From the NCBI GenBank assembly GCA_937124585.1, contig CAKZKT010000147.1:46104-110103 (forward strand): 64,000 nucleotides of DNA, in the 5' to 3' direction. Shown one piece after another: positions 1 to 9,908 of this stretch. The stretch comes from an uncultured Anaerolineae bacterium. Lineage in GTDB: Bacteria > Chloroflexota > Anaerolineae > CG2-30-64-16. Within the stretch, counting starts at the first letter, position 1. Every line of letters begins with the position of its first letter. Made by a program: the position numbers and the translations under genes. The notes beneath the pieces are model-generated. The model made no database searches, was not told where the DNA came from, and saw only the letters and a list, made by a program, of their open reading frames with translations.

Positions 1-985
1 GATCGGCGTGCTTTTCACCGGTTTCTTTGTCCTCGAAGGCTTCGACTACGGGGTCGGCATCTTGCTGCGGATCATCGGGAAGAAGGATGAGGAGCGCCGC
101 CTCATCATCAACACCATCGGGCCGGTGTGGGATGCGAACGAGGTGTGGCTGTTGACTGCCGGCGGCGCGATGTTCGCGGCCTTCCCGAACTGGTACGCCA
201 CGTTGTTCAGCGGCTTCTATCTGGCGCTCTTCCTGATGCTGGCCGCGCTGATCGTGCGCGGGGTGGCCTTCGAGTTCCGCTCAAAGGATGCCGATCCGCG
301 CTGGCGCAACCTTTGGGATTGGGCCATCGCTATCGGCAGCTTTGTGCCGGCATTGCTGTGGGGCGTAGCGATGAGCAACATCGTCCGCGGCGTGCCGATT
401 GACGCGAAAATGCAGTACGTCGGCGGCTTCTTCAACCTGCTGAATCCCTATGCATTGCTGGGCGGGGTGGCCGGGCTGGGCGTCTTCACGTTGCACGGCG
501 CCATCTTCCTCTCGCTGCGCACCGACGGCGAGATCCGCCAGCGAGCCGAGGCGCTGGCAAATCGCCTGTGGCCGGTCGTCCTGGTTGTGGGCGCGGCGAC
601 CGTGATTGCCTCGTATTTCGCGACCGATATCTTCCAGCGACTGGGCGTCAACCCGGGTATCAGCGCGCTGGGCGCGGGCGCGGCCTTCCTCGTGGGCGGC
701 TGGTTCTTGCGCCAGGGCCGCTTCGGCTGGGCCTTCGCCATGACCACGCTGACCATCGCGCTGACGGTGGTGACCACCTTCCGCGGCCTCTATCCGCGCG
801 TGATGGTTTCCAGCCTGAACCCTGACTGGAGCCTGACGGTGACGAACGCGTCGTCGTCTCCGTACACGCTGCAGGTGATGAGCATCGTGGCACTGATCTT
901 CGTGCCCATTGTGTTGCTCTATCAGGGATGGAATTATTGGGTCTTCCGCGCCCGACTCAGCGGGAAGAGTGCGCTGAAGTACTGA
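1..985 (+). CDS. cydB: Cytochrome bd oxidase subunit II (5' truncated by window edge)
   Basis: Motifs LEGFDYGVG, IGPVWDANEVWL and RGVAFEFR, with multiple TM helices. The frame is open from position 2, so the true start lies upstream. Confidence 0.95.
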   Translation, partial: IGVLFTGFFVLEGFDYGVGILLRIIGKKDEERRLIINTIGPVWDANEVWLLTAGGAMFAAFPNWYATLFSGFYLALFLMLAALIVRGVAFEFRSKDADPRWRNLWDWAIAIGSFVPALLWGVAMSNIVRGVPIDAKMQYVGGFFNLLNPYALLGGVAGLGVFTLHGAIFLSLRTDGEIRQRAEALANRLWPVVLVVGAATVIASYFATDIFQRLGVNPGISALGAGAAFLVGGWFLRQGRFGWAFAMTTLTIALTVVTTFRGLYPRVMVSSLNPDWSLTVTNASSSPYTLQVMSIVALIFVPIVLLYQGWNYWVFRARLSGKSALKY

Positions 986-999
986 GCAGTGTCTCAGCG

Positions 1000-1033
1000 A
1001 CGGGCCAGGCACTTTCCGAAGTGCCTGGCCCGT
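1000..1033. repeat. REP-like palindrome, family A (core GCCAGGCAC...GTGCCTGGC)
   Basis: Perfect 15-bp stem ACGGGCCAGGCACTT-TCCG-AAGTGCCTGGCCCGT between cydB and cydDC. Confidence 0.85.
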
Positions 1034-1056
1034 GAACATGTGAACACCCTCAACTC

Positions 1057-4000
1057 ATGCCTCGTTTTTTCGACCGCCGTCTCCTGCGCCAGGCCAGCTC
1101 GGAGCGCCTGCTCCTGGCCCTGACGGTCGGCCTGGGTGCGCTGGCAGGGCTGGCAACGGTAGGGCAGGCCGCCGCGCTGAGCCGAGCGGTCGCCGGCGCG
1201 TTTCTGGGCGGCCTCGACCTGGCCGGTGTCTGGCCCGCGCTTCAGGCGTTGATCGCCTTCACAGCGCTGCGCGCGGCGGCGGTCTGGACGGCAGAGGTCA
1301 CGGCCAGTCAGACGGCAACGCGCATTAAGACCGCGCTGCGCGAGCGACTGCTGGCGCACATCCTGGCTCTCGGTCCGGCCTACACCCGGGGCGAGCGCGC
1401 CGGCGAGCTGGTCAACACCGCATCCGAAGGGATCGAGGCGCTCGACGCTTATTTCGGCCAGTATTTGCCCCAGGTCGCGCTGGCCGCGCTCGTCCCGTTG
1501 ATCTTTCTGGCGCTCGTCTTTCCCGTGGATCCGCTCTCGGGGCTGGTGCTGCTCCTCACCGCGCCCCTCATTCCGGTCTTCATGATCCTGATCGGTGGCC
1601 TGGCCGACGCGCTGACCCGACGTCAATGGGCCGAGCTGAGCCGGATGAGCGCGCACTTCCTCGATGTGCTTCAGGGGCTGACCACGCTCAAGTTGTTCAA
1701 CCGCAGCCGCGAGCAGGTCGCCGTGATCCGACAGATCACGGATCGGCATCGCGATGCCACGCTCCAGGTGCTGCGCGTGGCGTTCCTCTCCGCGCTGGTG
1801 CTGGAGATGGTGGGCACGCTCAGCACGGCTATCGTTGCGGTCGAGATCGGTCTGCGGCTCCTGTACGGTCTGCTGGCGTTTGAGCAGGCGTTTTTCGTGC
1901 TGATCCTGGCGCCGGAATTTTATCTGCCGTTGCGCCTGCTGGGGACGCGCTTTCACGCCGGTATTGCAGGGGTCATGGCGGCGCGGCGCATCTTCGAGGT
2001 GTTGGAGACGGGAAGCGAGAGAGTGGGAGCCGGGGACCGGGAACGAGGGGCTGGGTGTCGGACCGAATCTTTCATCACAGAGTCGCCGGCTTCCAGGTTT
2101 CGGGTCTGTTTCGAGAATGTGAGCTACACCTATCCCGATCGCGAACGGCCGGCACTGGACGGCGTCTCGCTGGAGATCGGGCCCGGCGAAAAGGTGGCGT
2201 TGGTCGGGCCAACCGGTGCGGGCAAGAGCACCATCGCGCATCTGCTCCTCGGCTTCATTCAGCCCACCTCCGGTGTGCTCACATTCGATGGCAGGCCATC
2301 CGATGCGTTCACAGCTCCGCTGCGGCCGACGATCGCCTGGGTGCCACAGCTGCCGCACCTGTTCGATGCGTCAGTGGCCGACAACATTCGGCTCGGCCGG
2401 CCCGATGCCACGTTGGATGAGGTGATCGCAGCGGCGAGGGCCGCGCACGCCGATGCGTTCATCCGCGACCTGCCGCAGGGCTACGCTACGCGCCTCGGTG
2501 AGCGCGGCAACCGGCTCAGCGCGGGCCAGGCGCAACGCATCGCGCTGGCGCGCGCGTTTCTGCTCGCCGCACCGCTGGTGATTTTGGACGAGCCTACGGC
2601 CCATCTCGATCCCCAGACCGAGGCCGACGTGCAGGCCGCGGTCGAACGGCTGCTCCGCGGCCGCAGCGCGCTGATCATCGCCCATCGCCTGCATACCATT
2701 CGCGCGGCCGATCGCATCGTGATGCTGGAGGCCGGCCGCGTCATCGAGACCGGCACCCATGAGGAACTGCTCGGTCGGCGGGGTGCCTACTGGCGGCTGC
2801 TCATGGCTGCGTCGGGCGAGATCGAGGACCATGCCGGGGAGGACCGGGAGAGCTGGCCCCGGGCGCAGCACGAACTCGATCAGCAGGTCCGATCGGCGTC
2901 TCCGGCGATCACAGATCGGCCCGCACACCTGACATCTGAGGTTTCACGTGCGACGCTTCGCTTCTTTCGCCTCACATCTCCGATCGTTCGCCTTTTTTCT
3001 TTTCTAAGGCCCTTCTGGCCCAGGATTGCGCTTGCTGTTTTGCTCGGCTTCCTCACGATTGCCAGCAGCATTGGCTTGTTGGCGACCTCAGCCTGGATCA
3101 TCGCTATGGCTGCGCTTCAGCCATCGGTCGCCGTGCTCCAGGTGGCTATCGTCGGCGTGCGATTCTTCGGTATCGCCCGCGGCCTCGCGCGCTACGGTGA
3201 GCGGCTGGTGTCGCACCAGGTCACGTTTCGCGTGCTGGCGCAGATCCGCACCTGGTTCTATGCCGCCATTGAGCCGCTGGCGCCGGCGCGGCTGGCCGGA
3301 CAGCACAGCGGTGATCTGCTCAGCCGGATTGTGGCCGATACCGCCAGCCTGGAGCATTTTTTCGTGCGAGCTGTCGCGCCGCCACTCGTGGCTCTGCTCG
3401 TGCTGGCATTGATCGCGGTCATCCTGGGCAGTTATCATCTCAGCCTGGTCTGGCCAGCGCTGGGCTTTCTGCTTCTGACCGGCGTGGTCGCGCCCGTGGC
3501 GATACTGCTTGCGGCACGTGCGCCCGGCCGACGTCTGGCCGAGCAGCGCGCCGGCCTGAACGCGCTGTTCGTGGACGGCGTGCAGGGCACGGCCGATGTG
3601 GTCGCCTTCGGGGCCGGCGATCGGATGGTCGCTGCGGCGTGGCGTCTCAGTGCAGCGTTGGGACGCACGCAGGTGCGCCTGGCCGGGCTCTCGGGCCTGA
3701 GCACGGCGTTCAGCCTGAGCTGTACCTGGCTGGCGGTGGTCGCCGTCCTGGTCGTTGCGATCCCGCTGGTGACTGCCGGTCGCCTGGATGGGGTGAGTCT
3801 GGCAGTGCTGGCCCTGGCGACGAGTGCCAGTTTCGAGGCGGTGTCGCCATTGCCGCTGGCCGCGCAGCATCTGGCGAGCAGTCTGGCCGCAGCGCGACGG
3901 CTCTTTGCGCTGACCGATGGCGGGGGAGAGTCGGCCCAAACGGGCCGGCCGGCAACCGGCCAGAAGATGCAGGGGGCTGAAGCCGATCAGGTCGAAGGCC

Positions 4001-4746
4001 GATCGGTGCGAGAGAATTGGCAAACGCACAGTGCGCTTGCATTCGAAGGGGTCACTCTGCGCTATGCAGCCGACGAGCCGCCCGCGCTTGCCGATGTCAC
4101 CTTCGCTGTGCCGGTCGGCAGTACGGTCGCGGTGGTCGGGCCAAGCGGAGCAGGCAAGAGTTCGCTCATTAATGCGCTGCTCTGTTTCTGGGATCACGAA
4201 GCAGGGCAGATCAGGCTGTTTGGCCGCAATGTGCGCGATCTGGACGAGACGGATGTACGGGCGCAGGTCGGTGTGGTGGCGCATGATCCACATTTGTTTA
4301 CTCTGACCGTGGCAGACAATATCCGGTTGGCTCGACCTGCTGCGACGCAGGGAGAGGTTGAAGCGGCGGCGCGCGTGGCCGGCGCGCATGATTTCGTCGT
4401 CAGGCTGCCGCGGGGTTACGATACGTGGCTGGGCGAGGGAGGCACAAAGTTGAGCGGCGGCGAGCGTCAGAAGATCGCGCTCGCGCGCGTGGTGCTGAAG
4501 GATGCGCCGTTGCTGATTTTGGACGAGCCAACTGCGCATTTGGATGCTGAGGCCGAGCGCCAGGTGAGCGAGGCGCTGATGCGCGCGATGCATGGTCGCA
4601 CGACGTTGCTGGTCACGCACCGCCTGCAGCTGGCCCGGTCAGCTGATCGGGTCGTGGTGCTGGTCGGCGGTCGGGTGGTGGATGTGGGGCGACACGAGGA
4701 GTTGTTGGCACGGTGCGCGGTGTATCGGATGCTGAGCGGTGTGTGA
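1057..4746 (+). CDS. cydDC: Fused CydD-CydC thiol reductant ABC exporter (TMD-NBD-TMD-NBD)
   Basis: Two Walker A motifs (GPTGAGKS, GPSGAGKS) and signatures LSAGQAQR and LSGGERQK. CydD motif LAPEFYLPLR and CydC motif RYGERLVSH. Directly follows cydB. Confidence 0.92.
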   Translation: MPRFFDRRLLRQASSERLLLALTVGLGALAGLATVGQAAALSRAVAGAFLGGLDLAGVWPALQALIAFTALRAAAVWTAEVTASQTATRIKTALRERLLAHILALGPAYTRGERAGELVNTASEGIEALDAYFGQYLPQVALAALVPLIFLALVFPVDPLSGLVLLLTAPLIPVFMILIGGLADALTRRQWAELSRMSAHFLDVLQGLTTLKLFNRSREQVAVIRQITDRHRDATLQVLRVAFLSALVLEMVGTLSTAIVAVEIGLRLLYGLLAFEQAFFVLILAPEFYLPLRLLGTRFHAGIAGVMAARRIFEVLETGSERVGAGDRERGAGCRTESFITESPASRFRVCFENVSYTYPDRERPALDGVSLEIGPGEKVALVGPTGAGKSTIAHLLLGFIQPTSGVLTFDGRPSDAFTAPLRPTIAWVPQLPHLFDASVADNIRLGRPDATLDEVIAAARAAHADAFIRDLPQGYATRLGERGNRLSAGQAQRIALARAFLLAAPLVILDEPTAHLDPQTEADVQAAVERLLRGRSALIIAHRLHTIRAADRIVMLEAGRVIETGTHEELLGRRGAYWRLLMAASGEIEDHAGEDRESWPRAQHELDQQVRSASPAITDRPAHLTSEVSRATLRFFRLTSPIVRLFSFLRPFWPRIALAVLLGFLTIASSIGLLATSAWIIAMAALQPSVAVLQVAIVGVRFFGIARGLARYGERLVSHQVTFRVLAQIRTWFYAAIEPLAPARLAGQHSGDLLSRIVADTASLEHFFVRAVAPPLVALLVLALIAVILGSYHLSLVWPALGFLLLTGVVAPVAILLAARAPGRRLAEQRAGLNALFVDGVQGTADVVAFGAGDRMVAAAWRLSAALGRTQVRLAGLSGLSTAFSLSCTWLAVVAVLVVAIPLVTAGRLDGVSLAVLALATSASFEAVSPLPLAAQHLASSLAAARRLFALTDGGGESAQTGRPATGQKMQGAEADQVEGRSVRENWQTHSALAFEGVTLRYAADEPPALADVTFAVPVGSTVAVVGPSGAGKSSLINALLCFWDHEAGQIRLFGRNVRDLDETDVRAQVGVVAHDPHLFTLTVADNIRLARPAATQGEVEAAARVAGAHDFVVRLPRGYDTWLGEGGTKLSGGERQKIALARVVLKDAPLLILDEPTAHLDAEAERQVSEALMRAMHGRTTLLVTHRLQLARSADRVVVLVGGRVVDVGRHEELLARCAVYRMLSGV

Positions 4747-4751
4747 AGGTT

Positions 4752-4945
4752 GCTCGACACGGAGGACACAGATGCCACGGAGCCACGCCCGAGAATCCGT
4801 GGCCTCCGTGATTGTCCGTGTCGAGCGCACGGCCCACCCCTCGCTTCTGCCGGTCGGGGGGCGGAGGTCGCCCGACACGGAGGGCACGGATGCCACGGAG
4901 CCACGCCCGAGAATCCGTGGCATCCGTGATTGTCCGTGTCGGGCG
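4752..4945. repeat. Two copies of a ~75-bp imperfect palindrome, family B (CGACACGGA...TCCGTGTCG)
   Basis: Copies at 4752-4826 and 4869-4945 are near-identical. Arms are built from ~9-bp CACGGA/TCCGTG units. Located between convergent genes. Confidence 0.85.
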
Positions 4946-4951
4946 CGGAGA

Positions 4952-5185
4952 TCAACCGCCTCCGATCGCCGGGTATAACTCTACCCGATCCCCGTCTTCC
5001 ACCATCACCGCCTCGAGCTGGGCCAAACGTCCATTTATGACAACAATGGCTACCTCGCCCGGCGGCACATGCAACTGCTGAAGCAGCGCACTCAGCAGCA
5101 CGGGCGCGGCCAGAGGGACCTCCAGCCACGCCCGTTTGCGGGGATCGTACCAGTTTAGATGACCGCCGAGATGGAGACGCATCAC
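4952..5185 (-). CDS. MoaD/ThiS family sulfur carrier
   Basis: 77 aa ending DGDRVELYPAIGGG (C-terminal di-Gly). Overlaps the AOR stop codon. Confidence 0.9.
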   Translation of the reverse strand: MMRLHLGGHLNWYDPRKRAWLEVPLAAPVLLSALLQQLHVPPGEVAIVVINGRLAQLEAVMVEDGDRVELYPAIGGG

Positions 5186-7083
5186 ACCATCAAATCAGCC
5201 GCCCAGCCGATATTCAAGGCTTCAAGACGCTCGCGGGTAGGCCTGGCGGTCTCGGGATCCCAGCCTTTCACCCGATACAGAGCGGTCAACGCGGTCTCGA
5301 ACTCCTCGCGCGACATGCCCACGCCGGCCAGCGCGCCACTCTCCAGCGGCTGGAACAGACGGTCGGGCAACGTGTCATCTTGTCGCGAAAAGCCTTCCCG
5401 CACATTGAACACACGCGCCAGATTGGTCGCCCGCTCGCCGATCCGCAACAGCTCCTCTTTATCGAAGTCCCAGCCCGAAGCCGCACGCACCGCCTCGACC
5501 ACCTCGTCCACCTGAATCAACGAACGCGGGGCCGGACCGAAATAACAAAAACCGACCACCTTGCCGAAACTGCTCCAGTTCTCCAGCCGGGCATAGGCTT
5601 CAGCTTTGCGCGGGCTGAGCTCGCGTGGAGGCAACGGTTCGGTGATCCCCAGCTCGGCGGCGGCCTTGAAAGTGATCGAAGCGGGATTGGCATACATCGG
5701 ATCGTGGTAGGCCACGAGATGGTCGGCGCCGCCCTCATTGACTGCGTAGCCCAGCCCGACGCCCACCTTGCCGCGCGGCTCATGCATGGGCAGCTCCTGG
5801 CCCTTGACATGCATGGCGAAATAGCGCGCATCTCCGCCGATCACCTCGGCCGCCCGGAGTGAGCCTTCGGCCAGCAGGTCGCCGATGCCCCGGCGATGCG
5901 CGATCCAGTCCACGATCTGCAACATCGCCTCCGCGTTGCCGAAACGCCACTCCGCGCCATTGGTCTGCTCAGGCGTGATCAGCCCGTGCTCGAAGCACTC
6001 CATGGCGAACGCGACGACTGCGCTCGTCGAAATCGAGTCGAGCGTGTAGCGGCCGCACAACTCGTTGGCTTTGGCAATCGCCTGCAGATCGTCAATGCCG
6101 CAGTTCGGGCCGAACCCGCCGATCGTCTCGTACTCCGGGCCGCCGTAGGCATCGCTCACCTGGTAGCGATCATCCACCTTCACCTCGCGCTTGCAGCGGA
6201 TCGCGCACGCATAGCAGCTGCGCCGGGCCGAAAGCAGCTCCTTCTCGTACACCTCCCACTTGATGTTATCCACTCTCTCGAAAGCGCCCTGGCGAAAATT
6301 GCGCGTTGGCAGGATGCCGCCCGCGTTCAGGCCACTCACCAGGCCGGGCGTTCCTTTTTCCTGCAGGTCCCAGCTCTGCGGATGTTCCTTCACGCGTTTA
6401 GCGATCCTTCGGCCGATCTCGGCCACCGCCTGTGGATCATGGGCATAGTCACTGTACTTGCCCGTGCCGCGCACCGCAATGCCCTTCAGGTTCTTCGATC
6501 CCATCACTGCGCCCATGCCGCTGCGGCCGTTGAAATGGCGCAGGTCGTTGATGAGCGCGGCGAAGCGCACCTTGTTCTCGCCGCCGATACCAATCTGCAA
6601 CACGCGCGTCAACCGATCGCCCATCTCCTCGCGCATCGCGGCCTGGGCCTGTTCCGGTTCCAGGCCCCACAGATGTCGCGCATCGCGGATCTCGACCTGG
6701 TCGTTCTTGATGGCGAGATAGACCGGATGCGCGGCGCGACCGGTCAAAATGATCCCCTCCCAGCCGGCCAGCTTGAGTTCTGGCCCCCAAAAACCGCCCG
6801 CCTCCGATTCACCGTACGCGCCGGTCAGGGGCGAGCGGGCTGCCGCGGTGAAACGCGTCGCGGTCGAGATCGGCGCGCCCGTGATCAGACCGTTCACCAG
6901 CACCAGCACGTTCTCCGGGCCGAGCGGATCCACATGGGGCGCGATCTCGCGCAGCAGCAGATAGGCGGCCAGCGCCTTGCCGCCGGGGTAAACACGATAA
7001 AAAGCCTCGTCGAAGCGTTCCACACTCGTCACACCGCGGGTCAAATCAACCCGCAAGAGCTTCCCTGTGCTTCCGTAACCCAT
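5182..7083 (-). CDS. aor: Aldehyde:ferredoxin oxidoreductase family protein (W/Mo-pterin)
   Basis: Motifs RSPLTG, GRSGMGAVMGSKNLK, CYACAIRC, GPEYET and LDSIS. ATG at 7083 has GGGAGG upstream. Confidence 0.92.
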   Translation of the reverse strand: MGYGSTGKLLRVDLTRGVTSVERFDEAFYRVYPGGKALAAYLLLREIAPHVDPLGPENVLVLVNGLITGAPISTATRFTAAARSPLTGAYGESEAGGFWGPELKLAGWEGIILTGRAAHPVYLAIKNDQVEIRDARHLWGLEPEQAQAAMREEMGDRLTRVLQIGIGGENKVRFAALINDLRHFNGRSGMGAVMGSKNLKGIAVRGTGKYSDYAHDPQAVAEIGRRIAKRVKEHPQSWDLQEKGTPGLVSGLNAGGILPTRNFRQGAFERVDNIKWEVYEKELLSARRSCYACAIRCKREVKVDDRYQVSDAYGGPEYETIGGFGPNCGIDDLQAIAKANELCGRYTLDSISTSAVVAFAMECFEHGLITPEQTNGAEWRFGNAEAMLQIVDWIAHRRGIGDLLAEGSLRAAEVIGGDARYFAMHVKGQELPMHEPRGKVGVGLGYAVNEGGADHLVAYHDPMYANPASITFKAAAELGITEPLPPRELSPRKAEAYARLENWSSFGKVVGFCYFGPAPRSLIQVDEVVEAVRAASGWDFDKEELLRIGERATNLARVFNVREGFSRQDDTLPDRLFQPLESGALAGVGMSREEFETALTALYRVKGWDPETARPTRERLEALNIGWAADLMV

Positions 7084-7150
7084 GTCGGCCAAACCCTCCC
7101 TGTGATGTTGCGACGTAGTCTACAGTATTTTGACGAAAACGCCAACCGGA

Positions 7151-7834
7151 TCAACCGCCGACATGCAGATCGGCGGCAAAACGCAGCAGGTTGAACACCC
7201 ACAGCACCACAAACCCAAACGCAGCGACCAGATGCCAGGTCGCGTGATACGCCAGGATGCCAAAATCCACCTGGCGATTGGATGCGGTTGCCAGCAGCAG
7301 GCCCAAAACAAAAACAGCCGTGAGCAAATGCAACGTCGGCCGGGCAGATGCCGGAATGCGCTCGCGGCGGAAGTAGAAGAGGGCTACCACCAGGAAGGCA
7401 TCGGTGATCAAAACGAGCTCGTTCAGGTGAAAGCCACCGAACGCGCCAAAGGAGAGCACATCCTGCCGTGCAATAGCCGGCCCAACGATCAGCTTCCAGG
7501 CTGTGACGCCCAAATTGACCAGCGCCGAGCCTCCGCCGATGATCCAGGCGGTACGCCACGCGTAGTAATCGCCCAAGATGGCGATTTGCAGGAGCCAGGC
7601 GAGCAGCAGGTTCGTCCCCCCGTCAAACACACCGGCGATGAAGGTCTCACCGTAGCCATGATACCACACAGTGGCAACTCCGGTGACGACGAGCCCCACA
7701 TAGACCGCCAGCCAGTGCCGTGGCTGCGGCCGCGTGACTGCGGTCAACGCCAGGCAAAGCAAGCCGGACATCACCGTCGCAAACGCCGTTACCGTGTTCG
7801 CCAGCGCCCAGGGAGGCAACGGATCGGCATTCAT
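7151..7834 (-). CDS. Multi-TM membrane protein, CREST-superfamily (ceramidase-like) putative hydrolase
   Basis: About 7 hydrophobic segments, with ATVWYH and YHATWH His motifs resembling CREST Zn ligands. Confidence 0.55.
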   Translation of the reverse strand: MNADPLPPWALANTVTAFATVMSGLLCLALTAVTRPQPRHWLAVYVGLVVTGVATVWYHGYGETFIAGVFDGGTNLLLAWLLQIAILGDYYAWRTAWIIGGGSALVNLGVTAWKLIVGPAIARQDVLSFGAFGGFHLNELVLITDAFLVVALFYFRRERIPASARPTLHLLTAVFVLGLLLATASNRQVDFGILAYHATWHLVAAFGFVVLWVFNLLRFAADLHVGG

Positions 7835-7873
7835 CTGATTCCTCCACGCGACAAGCCGCGAAAATGCAGCAGC

Positions 7874-8914
7874 TCACTCCGCCAACAGGCGCTCGATGCC
7901 GGGCAGGCGCAGGCTCGTGCGCCTCGTCAGGAGCTGATAGACGTTGCGCAGCACGGGGAACTGGCGGCGCATCATCGCGACAGCCTCCGGCCTCATGCCG
8001 AGGGCCTCGGGTCCGGCCGTCAGTGAAACAGCAACACTGAACAGCCGTTTGCCGCATGCGGCTGCCTCGAACCAATCCAGTTCCTCCGGAGCCGCCCCGG
8101 CCAGGCGTGTATAGCCGGCCAGGATACGCTCGCGCCACGACCAGCCCTCGGCCGCGCCGACCAGCACCAGCGTCCAGGCGAGATCGAAGCGTGGATCAGA
8201 GAGCTCGATCTGCGTCCAGTCAATCACGGTTGCTGATCCGTCGGCTGCCAGGAGCACATTGGCCGGATGAAAATCCCAGTGAACGGGTGCAGGTCGGCGA
8301 CACGGCACGCGATCGCGCCGCGCGGCGAGCCAATCAAGCAGCACATCGGCGTCGGCCAGGCTGAAGCGCGCCGTCGTTGCGCGCACCAACGCCAGCCAGC
8401 CATCCACGAACGCATAGGGGTTGTCGGGATAAGACGCGTGGCCGGGCGGCTCTGCAACAGCGAAGGGCCGCCAATCCAGCCGGTGCAACCGAACGAAAAG
8501 CGCGCAAAACAGATCCAAGAGCCGGCTCTGACGCGGCTCGGCCGACCGGAACAGGTGCGGCCAGAGGCTCTCCCCCGCGACCCGTTCCATGATGACGAAC
8601 GGCTTGCCGAAAGGTGAGGCGTCGCGCTCCAACGCCAGCACGCGCGGCACAGGATAGCCCGCCGCGTGGAGCCGCTGCATCCCGTGAAATTCGCGGCCGG
8701 ATTTGGTACAGGCATCCGCGCCGGGGTAGATGCGCAGGACGAGCGCCTGACGGCGTCGCGCCGCGGCCGGCCCCCATTCCAGATCGAAGGCGTAGACATC
8801 ACTCTCCCAGCCAACGCTGATGCTGACCAGATCGTGCACGACCGCGTCCGGCCGGTCGGGGAACGCGCGACCGATATAGCCCTGTAGCGCAGCGCGCATA
8901 GCGGCATTGGTCAT
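7874..8914 (-). CDS. APH/choline kinase-like phosphotransferase
   Basis: Brenner-type motif HWDFHPANVL, plus VIDW and DPRFDLA. Confidence 0.85.
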   Translation of the reverse strand: MTNAAMRAALQGYIGRAFPDRPDAVVHDLVSISVGWESDVYAFDLEWGPAAARRRQALVLRIYPGADACTKSGREFHGMQRLHAAGYPVPRVLALERDASPFGKPFVIMERVAGESLWPHLFRSAEPRQSRLLDLFCALFVRLHRLDWRPFAVAEPPGHASYPDNPYAFVDGWLALVRATTARFSLADADVLLDWLAARRDRVPCRRPAPVHWDFHPANVLLAADGSATVIDWTQIELSDPRFDLAWTLVLVGAAEGWSWRERILAGYTRLAGAAPEELDWFEAAACGKRLFSVAVSLTAGPEALGMRPEAVAMMRRQFPVLRNVYQLLTRRTSLRLPGIERLLAE

Positions 8915-9897
8915 AGCGGCGCTGCGCGCATCGCATCCAACTGGCGCAATGCATCAGCCGGCAACGGACCGCGCGCCGCGCTGGCCGCTGCCGGCTCCAA
9001 CTGCTGCCGGTCGGAGATGCCCACCAGCGCGGTCGAGATGGTCGGCGCGCTCAGGGCGAAGCGCAGTGCAGCCTCGACCAGGCTGCCGGCATAGCCGGCA
9101 CGCACGAGAAAGTCGAAACGTCGGGCATAGGCGACATCGGCAGCGTAATCGCGGCCAGAGGCGATCGGCTCTACCGCGGCCAGCGCGTTCGGGTGGCGCT
9201 CGGCAAGGCCGCTGAGCGCGCCGCCGGCCAGCACGCGGATGGCGATCACACCCATGCCGCGATCGGTCGCCCGTTCCATCAGCCGCTCATAATCCTGGAA
9301 AGGAAAGTCGGGGCCGACTGCCTGGCCAGCGGACGGGTTGATGAGATTGTAGCAGCACTGGATCGTCTGGGCCGGGATTGCAGCGACCGCCCGCTGCAGG
9401 GCCGCGGTCTCACCCAGGCCATTGATGCCCCAGAAGCGCGCTTTGCCCTGGGCGCACAACTTCTCGAACGCCTCGCCGGCCCGCAGCGCGTCCTCGACGC
9501 TGACCCAACGCCGCTCCGGCCGACGGCGGTCGGCGAGGGGATTGTGCAACTGGATCAGGTCTACCATCTCGCGGCGCAGCCGACGCAGGCTGGCCTCGAC
9601 CGAGGCGATCACGGCGGTTGCAATCGGCTCGTCGTCCGTCGCAGCAAGCTGGACTTTCGTGCCGACCAGCACATCGGCCTTCAATTCGGCCAGCACGCGG
9701 CCCAGGTTCGTCTCAGAGAGGCCGTTGCCGTAGATGGCCGCGGTGTCGAAGTAGTTGATGCCCAGCTCGATGGCGCGAGCAACCGTCGCCGTCATCTCGC
9801 GAGGCTCGCCCTTCACCAGCAGCCCGCCGACCGCGCCGCAGCCGAAGCCGAGAACAGAGACGCGCAGGCCCGTACGGCCCAGAAGACGATATTCCAT
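8911..9897 (-). CDS. Aldo/keto reductase
   Basis: Motifs LGRTGLRVSVLGFG, GINYFDTAAIYG and DLIQLH. ATG at 9897 follows GGAGG. Confidence 0.9.
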   Translation of the reverse strand: MEYRLLGRTGLRVSVLGFGCGAVGGLLVKGEPREMTATVARAIELGINYFDTAAIYGNGLSETNLGRVLAELKADVLVGTKVQLAATDDEPIATAVIASVEASLRRLRREMVDLIQLHNPLADRRRPERRWVSVEDALRAGEAFEKLCAQGKARFWGINGLGETAALQRAVAAIPAQTIQCCYNLINPSAGQAVGPDFPFQDYERLMERATDRGMGVIAIRVLAGGALSGLAERHPNALAAVEPIASGRDYAADVAYARRFDFLVRAGYAGSLVEAALRFALSAPTISTALVGISDRQQLEPAAASAARGPLPADALRQLDAMRAAPL

Positions 9898-9908
9898 GCC
9901 TCCCCCGT

